A DNA stretch of 64,000 bases from an uncultured delta proteobacterium (lineage in GTDB: Bacteria > Desulfobacterota > Syntrophia > Syntrophales > Smithellaceae). Position numbers and translations under genes: made by a program. Location: positions 320,001-384,000 of the forward strand of contig CAVWEH010000005.1 in assembly GCA_963753975.1 (NCBI GenBank), given 5' to 3'. Shown here in pieces: positions 11,093 through 21,522 of this stretch (the stretch's first letter is position 1; every line of letters starts with the position of its first letter). The notes beneath the pieces were generated by a model. It worked only from the letters and a program-made list of their open reading frames with translations. It was not told the origin of the DNA and did not search any database.

Positions 11093-11416
11093 TCATGCCG
11101 AATGATTTCAGGAAATGAGGATATTGTTGATTGTCCAGGCTAACACCCGCTATTACTGGATAGAAATTTTTCAGATCTGCGCCGGATTTTCCTTCAGGGT
11201 CTTCCCCTGGGCACGGCCATGCTTTTGATGGCTTTGCCGTATCAGGGTCCTTTGATTATTAGCTCAGCCGGTTGTCATAGCTATAAACGGGTTAAGAAAT
11301 CCGAATATAAGTCATGATCTTTAAAAATATTTCAAAATCCTTCGGCTTGTAAAAAGAAGTAAAATAATGTTAGCTTTTAATATAATCAAACCAACAGGTA
11401 ATACAGAGGTGATTGA

Positions 11417-12254
11417 GTGCAGGTGAATCCTCATGCCGGGCAACCAACGTCGCCTATGTCCTTGTTGCGTAGTCTCTGGCGCAACCGCCAACTCATCGCG
11501 CAAATGACCAAGCGCGAAGTAGTCGGTCGTTACAAGGGCTCGGTCTTGGGTATCGCCTGGTCATTCTTCAATCCCTTGATCATGCTTACCATCTATACAT
11601 TTGTGTTCTCAGTTGTTTTCAAAGCCCGCTGGAATGTAAGTACTGATGAGACTAAAACGCAGTTTGCCATTGTGCTGTTTGTGGGCATGATCGTCCATGG
11701 CCTTTTTGCCGAGGTGATCAACCGCGCACCAACGCTGATTACCTCTAACGTAAATTTTGTTAAAAAAGTTGTATTCCCGTTGGATATTTTGCCATCAGTT
11801 GCTATAGGAGCAGCTCTTTTCCACAGCTTCGTCAGTCTTGGCGTACTCATGGTTGCCTTATGTATTATTTAACGGTTACCTGAATTGGACGATAATATTC
11901 ATCCCCTTAGTGTTGTTGCCGCTTACTATCCTTACTCTTGGTTTTGCCTGGATGCTGGCATCACTGGGTGTATTCCTTCGTGATTTAGGGCAAACCACCG
12001 GCATTATCACTATGATAATGATGTTTGCCTCCCCCATCTTTTATCCGGTGACGGCGTTGCCGGCAGCATTGCGCCCCTGGATTATGGCCAATCCGCTCAC
12101 CTTCATTATCGAGCAGGCTCGCGCAGTGCTGATCTGGGGACATTTGCCGAACTGGATAGGCTTGGGCATTTACACACTTACCGCCACTGTAGTCGCCTGG
12201 CTGGGCTATGTCTGGTTCCAGAAGACCAGAAAAGGATTTGCCGATGTCCTCTAA
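11417..12254 (+). CDS. wzm: O-antigen/polysaccharide ABC transporter permease, frameshifted (+1) at ~11858
   Basis: REVVGRYKGSVLGIAWSFFNPL, NFVKKVVFP, SPIFYP, NPLTFIIE, RKGFADVL. The halves join as LMVA-YVLFNG if one T is removed from 'gccttatg'. Confidence 0.85.
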
Positions 12255-13662
12255 TGATATTGCTATACGAGTCAGCAATCTGGGCAAATGTTACGAGATT
12301 TACAACAATCCGCGTGACCGGCTCAAACAATTTGTCATTCCTCGCCTACAGCGGCTTTTCGGACAGCCTCCCAGGCAATACTTCCGCGAGTTCTGGGCGT
12401 TGAAGGATGTCTCTTTTGAAGTAAAGAAAGGCGAAACTGTCGGCATCATCGGACGCAATGGCTCGGGTAAATCCACCCTGCTGCAACTTATTTGTGGAAC
12501 GCTGACACCTACTATTGGAACCGTCGAAACAAATGGCCGCATCGCAGCCTTACTTGAACTGGGTTCCGGATTTAACCCGGAATTTACCGGACGCGAAAAT
12601 GTTTTTATGAATGCCGCTGTGCTGGGTTTAAGTAACAAAGAAATCGACGCTCGCTATGATGACATCGTTGTCTTCGCCGACATCGGACAGTTCATTGAAC
12701 AGCCTGTCAAAACTTACTCTAGTGGTATGATTGTGCGGCTGGCGTTTGCAGTCGCCATCAGTGTTGACCCACAAATACTCATAGTGGATGAAGCGCTCTC
12801 GGTAGGCGACGAGATGTTTCAGCGCAAATGCTTCTCGCGTATTGAAGCCATTAAGAAAAATGGCGCTACTATCCTGTTTGTTTCACACTCAGGGAGTGTG
12901 ATAGTGGAACTTTGTGACCATGCTATGCTCCTGGAGTCAGGCGAAGAACTGGCAATGGGAGTTCCGAAAACTATCGTCGGAAAATACCAAAAACTGATTT
13001 ATGCTCCTCAGGATAAGCGTCATGCCATACTCGAAGAGATACGCGCATCCGGGGTCGGTGGCCGGGCTCGTTCGGCTTCTCAAACATTGCCGGCAACATC
13101 ATCTCCGTCACCCGGTGAAAAAAATGTCACTGACAATGATCTAGAAAATTTTTTCGATCCTAACCTCAAACCACAGAGCACCTTAGAATATGAATCACAC
13201 GGGGCTTACATCATGTCCCCAGAAATACTTACCGTGTCCGGCGAAAAAGTGAATTGCCTCAAACGCGGCAAGAGTTATCGTTATACGTACAAAGTTAGGT
13301 TCGATAAGGCTTCAACCAATGTCCGCTTCGGTATGATGATTAAAACTATCTCTGGTTTGGAGCTAGGTGGCGCAGCATCTGTTCCTCATACTGGTCAGGG
13401 CATTACTTATCTATCGCCGGGAACAATGGTCAGCGTTGAATTCCGATTTACCTGCAATTTAAACCCGGGTTCGTACTACCTCAATGCAGGCGTGATGGGA
13501 AGTAATCGTGAAGGAATGGAAACCTTTTTACATCGTGTACTGGACCTTTGTATGTTCAAGGTAATGCCTGTTTCCAAGAATACTACAACCGCAATAATAG
13601 ATTTCAACTGTGTAGCAGAAATTGAACTTATGAATAATCCCTTGCAGAAAGTTGTAACATAA
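12244..13662 (+). CDS. wzt: Polysaccharide ABC transporter ATPase with C-terminal carbohydrate-binding (Wzt_C-like) domain
   Basis: GRNGSGKST, YSSGM, IVDEALSVGD; long beta-rich C-terminal extension ending LNPGSYYLNAGV. Confidence 0.92.
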   Translation: MSSNDIAIRVSNLGKCYEIYNNPRDRLKQFVIPRLQRLFGQPPRQYFREFWALKDVSFEVKKGETVGIIGRNGSGKSTLLQLICGTLTPTIGTVETNGRIAALLELGSGFNPEFTGRENVFMNAAVLGLSNKEIDARYDDIVVFADIGQFIEQPVKTYSSGMIVRLAFAVAISVDPQILIVDEALSVGDEMFQRKCFSRIEAIKKNGATILFVSHSGSVIVELCDHAMLLESGEELAMGVPKTIVGKYQKLIYAPQDKRHAILEEIRASGVGGRARSASQTLPATSSPSPGEKNVTDNDLENFFDPNLKPQSTLEYESHGAYIMSPEILTVSGEKVNCLKRGKSYRYTYKVRFDKASTNVRFGMMIKTISGLELGGAASVPHTGQGITYLSPGTMVSVEFRFTCNLNPGSYYLNAGVMGSNREGMETFLHRVLDLCMFKVMPVSKNTTTAIIDFNCVAEIELMNNPLQKVVT

Positions 13663-14732
13663 TGAACCAAGAAAACAAGAAACGCGTTATCGTCGTTCTC
13701 GGTATGCATCGCAGCGGCACCAGTGCCGTTACGCGTGGGCTCAAAGTACTCGGAGTGGATTTAGGTAACAATCTTCTAGGCCCTCTTGTCAACGATAACG
13801 TGAAGGGGTTTTGGGAAGACTTTGATCTTATGACGCTGAATATCGAGATGTTAAGCGTTATAGGCAGTGATTGGCACTATCTTGCTCCTATTCAACCCAA
13901 CGATATCGAAGTTTTACGGAAAAAAGGTTACTTCCTTCGTGCGGTTGAATTGTTACGCCTGAAGATTGGTAATGTACCTATTTTTGGGTTCAAAGATCCG
14001 CGCGTAGCAAAGTTACTTCCATTTTGGAAAGAGGTATTTAGCCAATGTCAATTAGATGTGAGCTACGTGCTGACTATACGCCACCCCCTCAGCGTGGTCA
14101 AGTCTTTGGCCAAGCGAAATGGTTTTGATCCGGGAAAGAGCTATCTACTTTGGTTGGGACATGTGATCGCTAGTTTGTCAATGACCGTTAATGAAAAGTG
14201 CGTAATTATCGATTATGATCGTCTGATGCAATCACCGGATTACGAATTGAATCGTATTGCAAAAAATCTCAATTTGGCAATTGATCCGACCGAGCTGCAA
14301 AGCTACAAAAGCGAGTTTCTTGATCAAGTCCTGCGGCACACGGTTTACGATCCTAGTGATTTATCGTCGGATGAAGCAAGCCCTCCGCTTATCCGGGAAA
14401 TTTACTCCGAACTTTTGGAAGCAGCGTCGGATAAAAAAAAGGTTGATGATCTATCCCTACATAAGAAAATCAATATCTGGGTAAGTGAATTTGAACGCCT
14501 TAAAACACCTTTAACTCTACTTGATAAGCTTACAAAAACCATACTTGAACGGGATGGGCGGATCGCCACTCTCAATCAGGCATTGGTAGAGATTGCAAGT
14601 AGCAGGGCATGGAAATTAGTAACAGTATTGCGTAAGATAAGAACGTGCTTAACCCCGAAAGATAGCTATCGCGAACATCTTGCAAAAAAAGTATGGCGTG
14701 GAATCAAAAATGAAAAATCCCATAAAAATTAA
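13662..14732 (+). CDS. Sulfotransferase-family protein with short coiled coil and SRAWK membrane-association tail (candidate chain-capping enzyme)
   Basis: VLGMHRSGTS, DNVKGFWED, FKDPR, RHPLSVVKSL; C-terminal ERDGRIATLNQAL..SSRAWKLVTVLR. Confidence 0.75.
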   Translation: MNQENKKRVIVVLGMHRSGTSAVTRGLKVLGVDLGNNLLGPLVNDNVKGFWEDFDLMTLNIEMLSVIGSDWHYLAPIQPNDIEVLRKKGYFLRAVELLRLKIGNVPIFGFKDPRVAKLLPFWKEVFSQCQLDVSYVLTIRHPLSVVKSLAKRNGFDPGKSYLLWLGHVIASLSMTVNEKCVIIDYDRLMQSPDYELNRIAKNLNLAIDPTELQSYKSEFLDQVLRHTVYDPSDLSSDEASPPLIREIYSELLEAASDKKKVDDLSLHKKINIWVSEFERLKTPLTLLDKLTKTILERDGRIATLNQALVEIASSRAWKLVTVLRKIRTCLTPKDSYREHLAKKVWRGIKNEKSHKN

Positions 14733-15038
14733 AAGTGCAGTCTGTTATTCATTTGATTTGAATCATGAAGGCATATTAGCTTGTCTGCGGCTTATTGGAT
14801 CTCTCAGCACGATTAGGTATGAATATCGTTAGTGGGATTAAAAATAATAATCAAATTATCATAAACCGTGCTTCTGAACGATTAATGAAAACAAATTAGA
14901 ACAATTAAGGGCAGAGGTTAAAGCTCAGCAGGCGGAAGCTGTTCTGAATGCGGTTTATAGCAGCCACGCGTGGCCGTGGATCGCACCCCACAATGGATAA
15001 TGGGGGCTTTGAAGATTATACGGGGGAAGTTGAGATGA
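14710..15038 (+). pseudogene. Degenerate chimeric relic: glycosyltransferase-like N-terminal fragment joined to a coiled-coil/'SxxW' tail
   Basis: Fragments in shifting frames: MKNPIKIKSAVCYSFD..LACLRLIGSL / LGMNIVSGIKNNNQIIINRASE / EQLRAEVKAQQAEAVLNAVYSSHAWPWIAP / WIMGALKIIRGKLR*. The last two parallel the C-terminus of 25117-25965. Confidence 0.55.
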
Positions 15039-15332
15039 CGACGTTGAAGAATTCACTCAAGCAATTTGTTAAAACGGGGCTCCGGATGGGGCTGAATTTT
15101 GTGAAGGACCATCCGAAGCTTCGGTTTTACGCTACTGCAGTTGTTCGCAAACTTGGGTCGAACAGCTTTACACGTTTTGTTTATACACGTTTAACGATGG
15201 GGGCGTACAATCCGATAATTAATTTTAATTATTTCATTCCGAAGGATGTGAGTCATCTTTCCCCCCGTGCTCGTCAGATCTATTTAGATTTGAAGAAAGC
15301 AATTGAACACTCTTCAGCAGGAGAATCGTTGA
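15035..15332 (+). CDS. Small protein ending in the LSPRARQIYLDLKKAI motif, read in frame with the downstream GT but probably a separate gene
   Basis: ATG 15035 overlaps the relic stop. Removing one T at 15313-15314 gives ...HSQQENR* with TGA 15330-15332 overlapping ATG 15332; AGGAG RBS at 15319-15323. Confidence 0.5.
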
Positions 15333-17914
15333 TGCGCATTGTCATTGATATGCAGGGCGCGCAAACACCGTTTTCCCGACATCGGGGTGTTGGGCGTTAT
15401 ACGATGGGATTAGTGAAAGCTCTCTTGCGCGATCCGCGGGATCACGAAATTTACCTGGCACTAAACGGAGCGTTCCAGGATGCTATAGATGCCATTAGGG
15501 GAGAATTTGAAGGACTACTGCCACAGGAAAACATACGTGTATGGCAGCAATTTTACGATTGTTCGGCAATTAATCCTGACTTGGCACCAAGGAAATGGGC
15601 TGCTGAAGTATCGCGCGAGGTATTTTTGAACAATCTTAATCCTGATATTATCTTCTCGACAAATTTACAGGAAGGTTGGTATGACCCGGCTCCTACCAGT
15701 GCCAAAGCATTGCCTTCGCGCGCTCTTTTTTGCACAACGCTGCATGATGTGATTCCTTTGGTTTATCCGGAGCGTTACTTGGCCTCGCAGTCAATTCGCA
15801 CCTGGTATAATGAAAAAATTGAGGGGGTGCGAAAGTCAGACATAATTTTAACTGATTCGGAGCATTCCAAGAAGGAAATTGTAGATCTTGTCGGTGTGCC
15901 GTACGACCGAGTAACAGTAATCTGCGCTGCTGTCGATAGTCTGAAATTTAACCAACGGAACATTTCTTCAGACAAGCGTGATGCGCTCCTAACCGGTCTG
16001 GGGATTAGCAGCCCTTTCTTGCTCTATTCCGGCGGTGGTGACGCCCATAAAAATCTTTATCGTCTATACCAGGCATTCGCCAGACTCCCGTTGGAATTGA
16101 GAAAATCTCACCAACTTGTGATGGTGGGCAAGGAACTGCACCGTGAGCAGGACATTCATCGAAGAACACTTAAAAAACTTGGAATCAATGCCAGCGTGGT
16201 TTTTACGGGTTACGTGGATGACGACGATTTAATTTCGCTGTACAATTTATGCAAACTATTTGTGTTCCCGTCGATTCACGAAGGCTTTGGTCTGCCCCCA
16301 CTGGAAGCAATGGCCTGCGGTGCGCCTGTGATAGCATCGCGGGCTTCCAGCCTTCCCGAGGTTGTGGGATTGAATGAGGCGCTTTTTGATCCCTACGACG
16401 AAATCGATATTGCGCGAAAAATGGAGAGTGCTTTGAGTGATTTCAAATTTCGCGAACGGCTCAAATTAAATGGTATTGCCAGTGCCGCCTCTTTTTCCTG
16501 GGATAATAGCGCCGGTAAGCTTCTCGACCTATTCGATATGACGGGCGATAAACTAAAAAATAATAATGTATCAATTGGAAATGAGCGCCTTAATATTCCT
16601 TCTGCCGGAGATTTTTCTGAACCTGTGCAAGCCGTTATTGAAGGTATTATAACTAACCCCATCGCAGCTCAACTCAAGCCACAGGACATGATGGCAATAG
16701 CTATTTCCTTAGCAGAAACTTATTCGGCTGAAACAGGTCGATCGCGTAAGCTTTTTCTTGATGTTAGTGCTGTTATAAAAACAGGAGATTACACTGGTAT
16801 TCAGCGTGTAGTTCGCGCTATTTGCTACGAACTTGTACGTGAATGTAAAGAGATAGAGGTGGTGCCTGTTTACACTAATGTAGATGATCACGAGTTTTAT
16901 CGTGCTGGATTACTAATCGATAACATTCTCGGTAATTTGGCTGATACTACAGAGAATTCTCATATTGAATTTTGTTCGGGAGATATTTTGTTATATTTGG
17001 ATCATCACCCAGGTGTGGCAATATCTCAAATTGATAAAACCCGCTATTTGCGGAATAAAGGAGTTAGGGTTTACCACATAGTGCATGACCTGCTACCTGC
17101 TCAATACCCGCAATATTTCTGGCCTGGTCTGTGCGAAGAATTTGTTACGTGGTTAAAAGCAGTGTCGTATGCTGATGGCGCACTGTGTGTATCTCATAAA
17201 GTGGCACTTGAACTTCGTCAATGGCTGGATACGAACATGCCTGGGCGTAAAAGACCTTTTAAGATTGGCTGGTTCCACCATGGAGCCGATTTTGAGAACT
17301 CGATTCCTTCTCTTGGCATATCCTCTGCCGGATATGACATGATCGGAAAACTTGCCTCCGGCTCGAGTTTTCTTGTTGTAGGGACTATCGAGCCGCGTAA
17401 AGGGCAAGCGCAAATACTTGATGCTTTCGAACAGCTTTGGGCGGCTGGTGTGGATGTAAATCTTGTCCTTCTAGGCAAAAAAGGTTGGGGTATGAAAAAT
17501 TTTGTCGACAAACTATTATCTCACCCCCAACTGGGAAATCGTTTGCACTGGCTTGAGGGCATTAGCGACGAATATCTGGAAAAGGTCTACGATGCATCTA
17601 CTTGTCTGATTGCTGCCTCGGAAGACGAGGGCTTTGGTTTACCACTGATCGAAGCAGCTCAACATAAATTGCCGATTATCGCGCGTGATATTCCCGTATT
17701 TCGTGAGGTTGCCGGAGATCATGCGTTTTACTTTAACGGTCGTGAGCCGCAAGCGCTGGCAGAGGCTGTTCGGCAATGGCTTGAGCTAAGTTTGCAGGGT
17801 AGTGTTCCTAAATCCGGCAACATGCCGCGGCTAACATGGAAGCAAAGTGCCGGGCAATTGATCAAAGTCGTTTTGGGGTTGTCACAGAAAGATGGCCCTC
17901 AATTTTTAGACTAG
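15332..17914 (+). CDS. WbdA-like double-GT4 glycosyltransferase (mannan/rhamnan polymerase type)
   Basis: MRIVIDMQGAQT..RGVGRY start; two EX7E motifs (EGFGLPPLE, EGFGLPLIE); second domain begins LFLDVS...TGIQRVVR. Confidence 0.85.
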   Translation: MRIVIDMQGAQTPFSRHRGVGRYTMGLVKALLRDPRDHEIYLALNGAFQDAIDAIRGEFEGLLPQENIRVWQQFYDCSAINPDLAPRKWAAEVSREVFLNNLNPDIIFSTNLQEGWYDPAPTSAKALPSRALFCTTLHDVIPLVYPERYLASQSIRTWYNEKIEGVRKSDIILTDSEHSKKEIVDLVGVPYDRVTVICAAVDSLKFNQRNISSDKRDALLTGLGISSPFLLYSGGGDAHKNLYRLYQAFARLPLELRKSHQLVMVGKELHREQDIHRRTLKKLGINASVVFTGYVDDDDLISLYNLCKLFVFPSIHEGFGLPPLEAMACGAPVIASRASSLPEVVGLNEALFDPYDEIDIARKMESALSDFKFRERLKLNGIASAASFSWDNSAGKLLDLFDMTGDKLKNNNVSIGNERLNIPSAGDFSEPVQAVIEGIITNPIAAQLKPQDMMAIAISLAETYSAETGRSRKLFLDVSAVIKTGDYTGIQRVVRAICYELVRECKEIEVVPVYTNVDDHEFYRAGLLIDNILGNLADTTENSHIEFCSGDILLYLDHHPGVAISQIDKTRYLRNKGVRVYHIVHDLLPAQYPQYFWPGLCEEFVTWLKAVSYADGALCVSHKVALELRQWLDTNMPGRKRPFKIGWFHHGADFENSIPSLGISSAGYDMIGKLASGSSFLVVGTIEPRKGQAQILDAFEQLWAAGVDVNLVLLGKKGWGMKNFVDKLLSHPQLGNRLHWLEGISDEYLEKVYDASTCLIAASEDEGFGLPLIEAAQHKLPIIARDIPVFREVAGDHAFYFNGREPQALAEAVRQWLELSLQGSVPKSGNMPRLTWKQSAGQLIKVVLGLSQKDGPQFLD

Positions 17915-18083
17915 CGTATAAATTAAGTTTGGCTGATAGTTCCGACTCAGCAAAATTACGGAAACCGATGCAGAAAAACAGGTTGAATATGAAAAGAAGT
18001 ATTGCTGTAAGTATGAGGATCACGGATATGAACGCCAAAGCAAGATTTGGAAATAATTTCCGCAGCAAGCTGTGGTGTATTAT

Positions 18084-18160
18084 ACCCTCCGCTTTGCGGG
18101 ATTGTTCAACTTACCAATTCCGCTGCGCTGCTCTTTCGGAATTGGAGTTTCACCAATAAA
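18084..18160. repeat. Palindromic MITE/REP-like element, copy A
   Basis: accctccgc..gcgggattgttcaacttaccaattccg...cggaattggagtttcac.aata; near-identical flanks at 60074-60171. Confidence 0.8.
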
Positions 18161-18194
18161 GAAGTTGAATTTGATGGTTAGTTGTGTAAAGGTT
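18156..18194 (+). repeat. 39-bp dispersed repeat, copy 2
   Basis: Matches 2831-2869 with 3 mismatches. Confidence 0.75.
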
Positions 18195-18234
18195 CTCAAT
18201 CAAAAAGGCACTTCAAAAACAAGATAACTAATTC

Positions 18235-19941
18235 ATGATCTTCATTGTATACTCTGAAATCAGCGAGGAAAAACTCAGCGGCAGCTTAGGTATGCCGGAA
18301 TACAGTTATTACTTTGTCCTTCGGGGGTTTCTCCCCGTGTTGCGGGAATTAGGGCAGGTTGTTGTAGTGGAGAACCCTGAGCAGGAAGTGGATGACATTT
18401 ATGCTGATTGCCGAAAGCGGGGGGAAAACTGCGTCTTTATCACCTTTTCCCCTCCCAATAAATCGGCAATGGGATTGCGTTGTCCAACGGTTTGTGTGCT
18501 TGCCTGGGAGTTTGATCGTATTCCTGATGAAGTGTGGGATGACGACCCGAAAAACGATTGGCGGTATGTGCTTTCAAACCATGGCCGCACAATAACCCTT
18601 TCCCAATATGCAGCGGCCGCGGTGAAAAAAGCAATGGGTAATGATTATCCCGTTGTAGCAATTCCGGTCCCGGTATGGGATACCTTCGCAGCGTATAGAA
18701 ACCAAACTACTGGCAATTGTTCGGCTGAAAAAATGGATATTACTATCAGGGGTGACGTTATTGATAGCCGCAACTATCACATCAGATCTGATTCCTTTGA
18801 GTTGATAGAACCTTTTGAAAGTTTCCAATTTCAAAATTGGTCGGGTGAAACACTTCATTTGGGATTTTCCACGGCAGATGAATTCAGTGCATGTTTAGGC
18901 GGTTTCTACCCATCCGAAACATGGGGAACATGGTCGCGTATTGCCAAGCCCTGGGTTTTACTTCCCTATAAGCTTAGCGGCACGGTTAATTTGAAAATTA
19001 CCGCTCGCGGGCATGGTCATAATGCCAATAAAGAGATATTTGTTTCTATAGGCAATGAGAAAAAGAAGATACTTCTCCGTAATTTTTTTACCGAAATGGC
19101 TGTCAGCTTTCACCTGAGCAAGCCGGAAAATGTTCTTAATTTCTCCGGTTTGGATTTAACGCCATTCCCTGGCGCAAAAGATCAGCGGTTTTTGGGAATA
19201 GGGCTTCGTCATATTGAAATATCAGGCAATCCATCTGTGGAAACCAGAAAGAATACAATGCAAGAAAAAAAACCTAGTCACAGAATCACCTTTGAAGAGG
19301 TTGTCTACACTTCTGTGTTTAGTCCTACCGATGGCCGAAAAAATTGGAAGGACATAGTGACAGCGTTTTGCACGGCGTTTCAAGACGTGGAAGATGCGAC
19401 GTTGGTGCTTAAAATGGTACATCATTCTCTAGCATCTTTCCTGGTGCAATTAAATTCACTACTCGAGCAACTGTGGCCTTTTAAATGCAGGGTTGTGGCC
19501 TTGCATGGCTATATGGATTCAGTTGAATATGAAAAATTGATAACCGCCACCCATTTTTATATCAACGCCTCCAAAGCTGAGGGATTATGTTTGCCTCTCA
19601 TGGAATATATGGCTTGTTGCAAGCCCTCTATTGCGCCATGTCACACATCAATGGTTGATTATGTTGATTCTTCATCCACGCTAATTGTCGATTCCAGCCT
19701 TGAACCCTGCATGTGGCCGGCCGATCCTCGCAGTATATTTCGATCTATGTGGTATCGCATCGATTGGGAGTCTTTGGTGAATGCCTACCAGCAAAGCTAT
19801 GATATTGCTAAAAATAAACCCGCTGTATACAGGAAAATGGCTGAATCTGCATCGTCGCAAATGAATAAATTTTCGTCCAATATCGTTGTTAAAGAGAAAC
19901 TGCAAAAATTCTTTGCTCCAAGAACTGGGATGTCAATCTAA
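18235..19941 (+). CDS. GT4-like glycosyltransferase of the 'LGxPEYSYYFVL' family with an inserted beta-sandwich domain
   Basis: LGMPEYSYYFVL, AWEF..IP, DGRKNW, EGLCLPLME; paralog of 20022-21522. Confidence 0.8.
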   Translation: MIFIVYSEISEEKLSGSLGMPEYSYYFVLRGFLPVLRELGQVVVVENPEQEVDDIYADCRKRGENCVFITFSPPNKSAMGLRCPTVCVLAWEFDRIPDEVWDDDPKNDWRYVLSNHGRTITLSQYAAAAVKKAMGNDYPVVAIPVPVWDTFAAYRNQTTGNCSAEKMDITIRGDVIDSRNYHIRSDSFELIEPFESFQFQNWSGETLHLGFSTADEFSACLGGFYPSETWGTWSRIAKPWVLLPYKLSGTVNLKITARGHGHNANKEIFVSIGNEKKKILLRNFFTEMAVSFHLSKPENVLNFSGLDLTPFPGAKDQRFLGIGLRHIEISGNPSVETRKNTMQEKKPSHRITFEEVVYTSVFSPTDGRKNWKDIVTAFCTAFQDVEDATLVLKMVHHSLASFLVQLNSLLEQLWPFKCRVVALHGYMDSVEYEKLITATHFYINASKAEGLCLPLMEYMACCKPSIAPCHTSMVDYVDSSSTLIVDSSLEPCMWPADPRSIFRSMWYRIDWESLVNAYQQSYDIAKNKPAVYRKMAESASSQMNKFSSNIVVKEKLQKFFAPRTGMSI

Positions 19942-20021
19942 AAAATAATGGAGTGCATGGACAAGTGTACTGAATATTTGAAGCGCTCCTGTGAGCAGAT
20001 TAATAAGGCAAATTGGCAATT

Positions 20022-21522
20022 ATGGTAATTATTATATATTCGGCTGAAACGGGAAAAAGCATACTGGCTAATATGGGCCTCCCGGAATATAGTTATTTCT
20101 TTGTCTTAAAAAAATTCCGTGCTGTTCTATGTAAATTTGCCACTGTTGTCGAGATTAGAAATCCGGGAATAGAAGTTGATATTATTTACGAAGAGTGTCG
20201 GACGAGAGGAGTGCCGTGCTTGTTTTTTTCCTTTTCGCCTCCTCATAAGACGGTTACAGGGCTTAAGTGTCCCACGATATCTGTATTTGCCTGGGAGTTT
20301 ACGACGATACCTACAGATACGTGGGGGGGAGACCCTTGCAATGATTGGAGGAATGTATTCCATAAACATGGTTGCGCCATTACCCATTCCAGCTTTGCTG
20401 TCAGAGCCGTCCAAAAAGCGATGGGAAACGATTTTCCGGTATGGTCCATCCCTGCGCCCGTATGGGATAATTACACGAAACTTTATAGAAAAGAAGAGGC
20501 CTCTGCCCAATCAAAAGGATTCGATTTGACTTTTAAAGGAAGTTTTATCGACTTTAATGGATGCGACGCTCCATGGGTATCAGAAGAAAGCAGAAAGGAC
20601 TTCATTAAACAACGATCATCACCCAAAAAAGACAAAAATGTTAGCCTGCACTTGAAAGGAATCATTTACACAACGGTTCTTAATCCTAACGATGGCCGAA
20701 AGAATTGGATAGATCAGCTAAAAGGGTTTATCTGGGCATTCAGAAAATTGAAAGACGTAACATTAGTATTGAAAATAATTTTTCATGATTTCGAGAAAGT
20801 CCGCGGACCCTTAGCTGATGAAATATTTAAGCTTACGCCCTTCCAATGCCGGGTGGTCATTCTGCACGGCTATTTGAATGATGACGAATATGCCAAGCTT
20901 GTCCGGGGATCTACATACATTGTCAACGCTGCATACGGGGAAGGTCAATGTTTGCCGTTGATGGAATATATGTCCGCGGGCAAACCGGCTATTGCGCCTT
21001 CGCATACGGCCATGGAAGATTATATCAATGATGGTAATTCTTTTGTTGTTAAGTCGAGTTTGGAGAGGGGAATTTGGCCGGATGATCCCAGGGGTGCTTT
21101 GCGTACATTTCGTTACCGGATAAATTGGGAATCCTTGTATAATGCCTACCTGGAAAGTTATCAGGTTGCAAAAAATGATCCTGCTCGTTATGCGCGCATG
21201 TCGGATTGTGCGGTGGAAAGTCTGAGAAAAGTATTGTTCAAAAGCGGTTGTAGAAGAACGGTTAATAAATGTATTTCAGCAATGTGGAGTACCCCATGAA
21301 GTCGTACTAAATTCAACTCCCACAAAGGAGCACATGGCATTAAGGCGAATATTCTTATGGAAAATATGGCGCTTTCGTTTGTTTTCAAAAAAAAGCTCTT
21401 TTTTTAGAGGGCCCGTGAAAACCGGGTTGTTACGATTGCTTACTTTTTCAAGGAATTATTATGTTTGGTTTAAAAATAAATCTATTTGGAAAATGCGTCG
21501 TCTCATTGAAAAAATTTTGTAA
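20022..21522 (+). CDS. GT4-like glycosyltransferase of the 'PEYSY' family, frameshifted (+1) at 21227-21230
   Basis: GLPEYSYFFVL, DGRKNW, EGQCLPLME. Removing one A gives ESLRKYCSKAVVEERL, matching the paralog's NKFSSNIVVKEKL, and the frame stays open to 21522. Confidence 0.75.

Noticed and set aside
14948..15034. N-terminal 29 aa of the 988-aa ORF
   Set aside because: An off-frame reading of the pseudogene relic; real starts are more likely 15035 and 15332.
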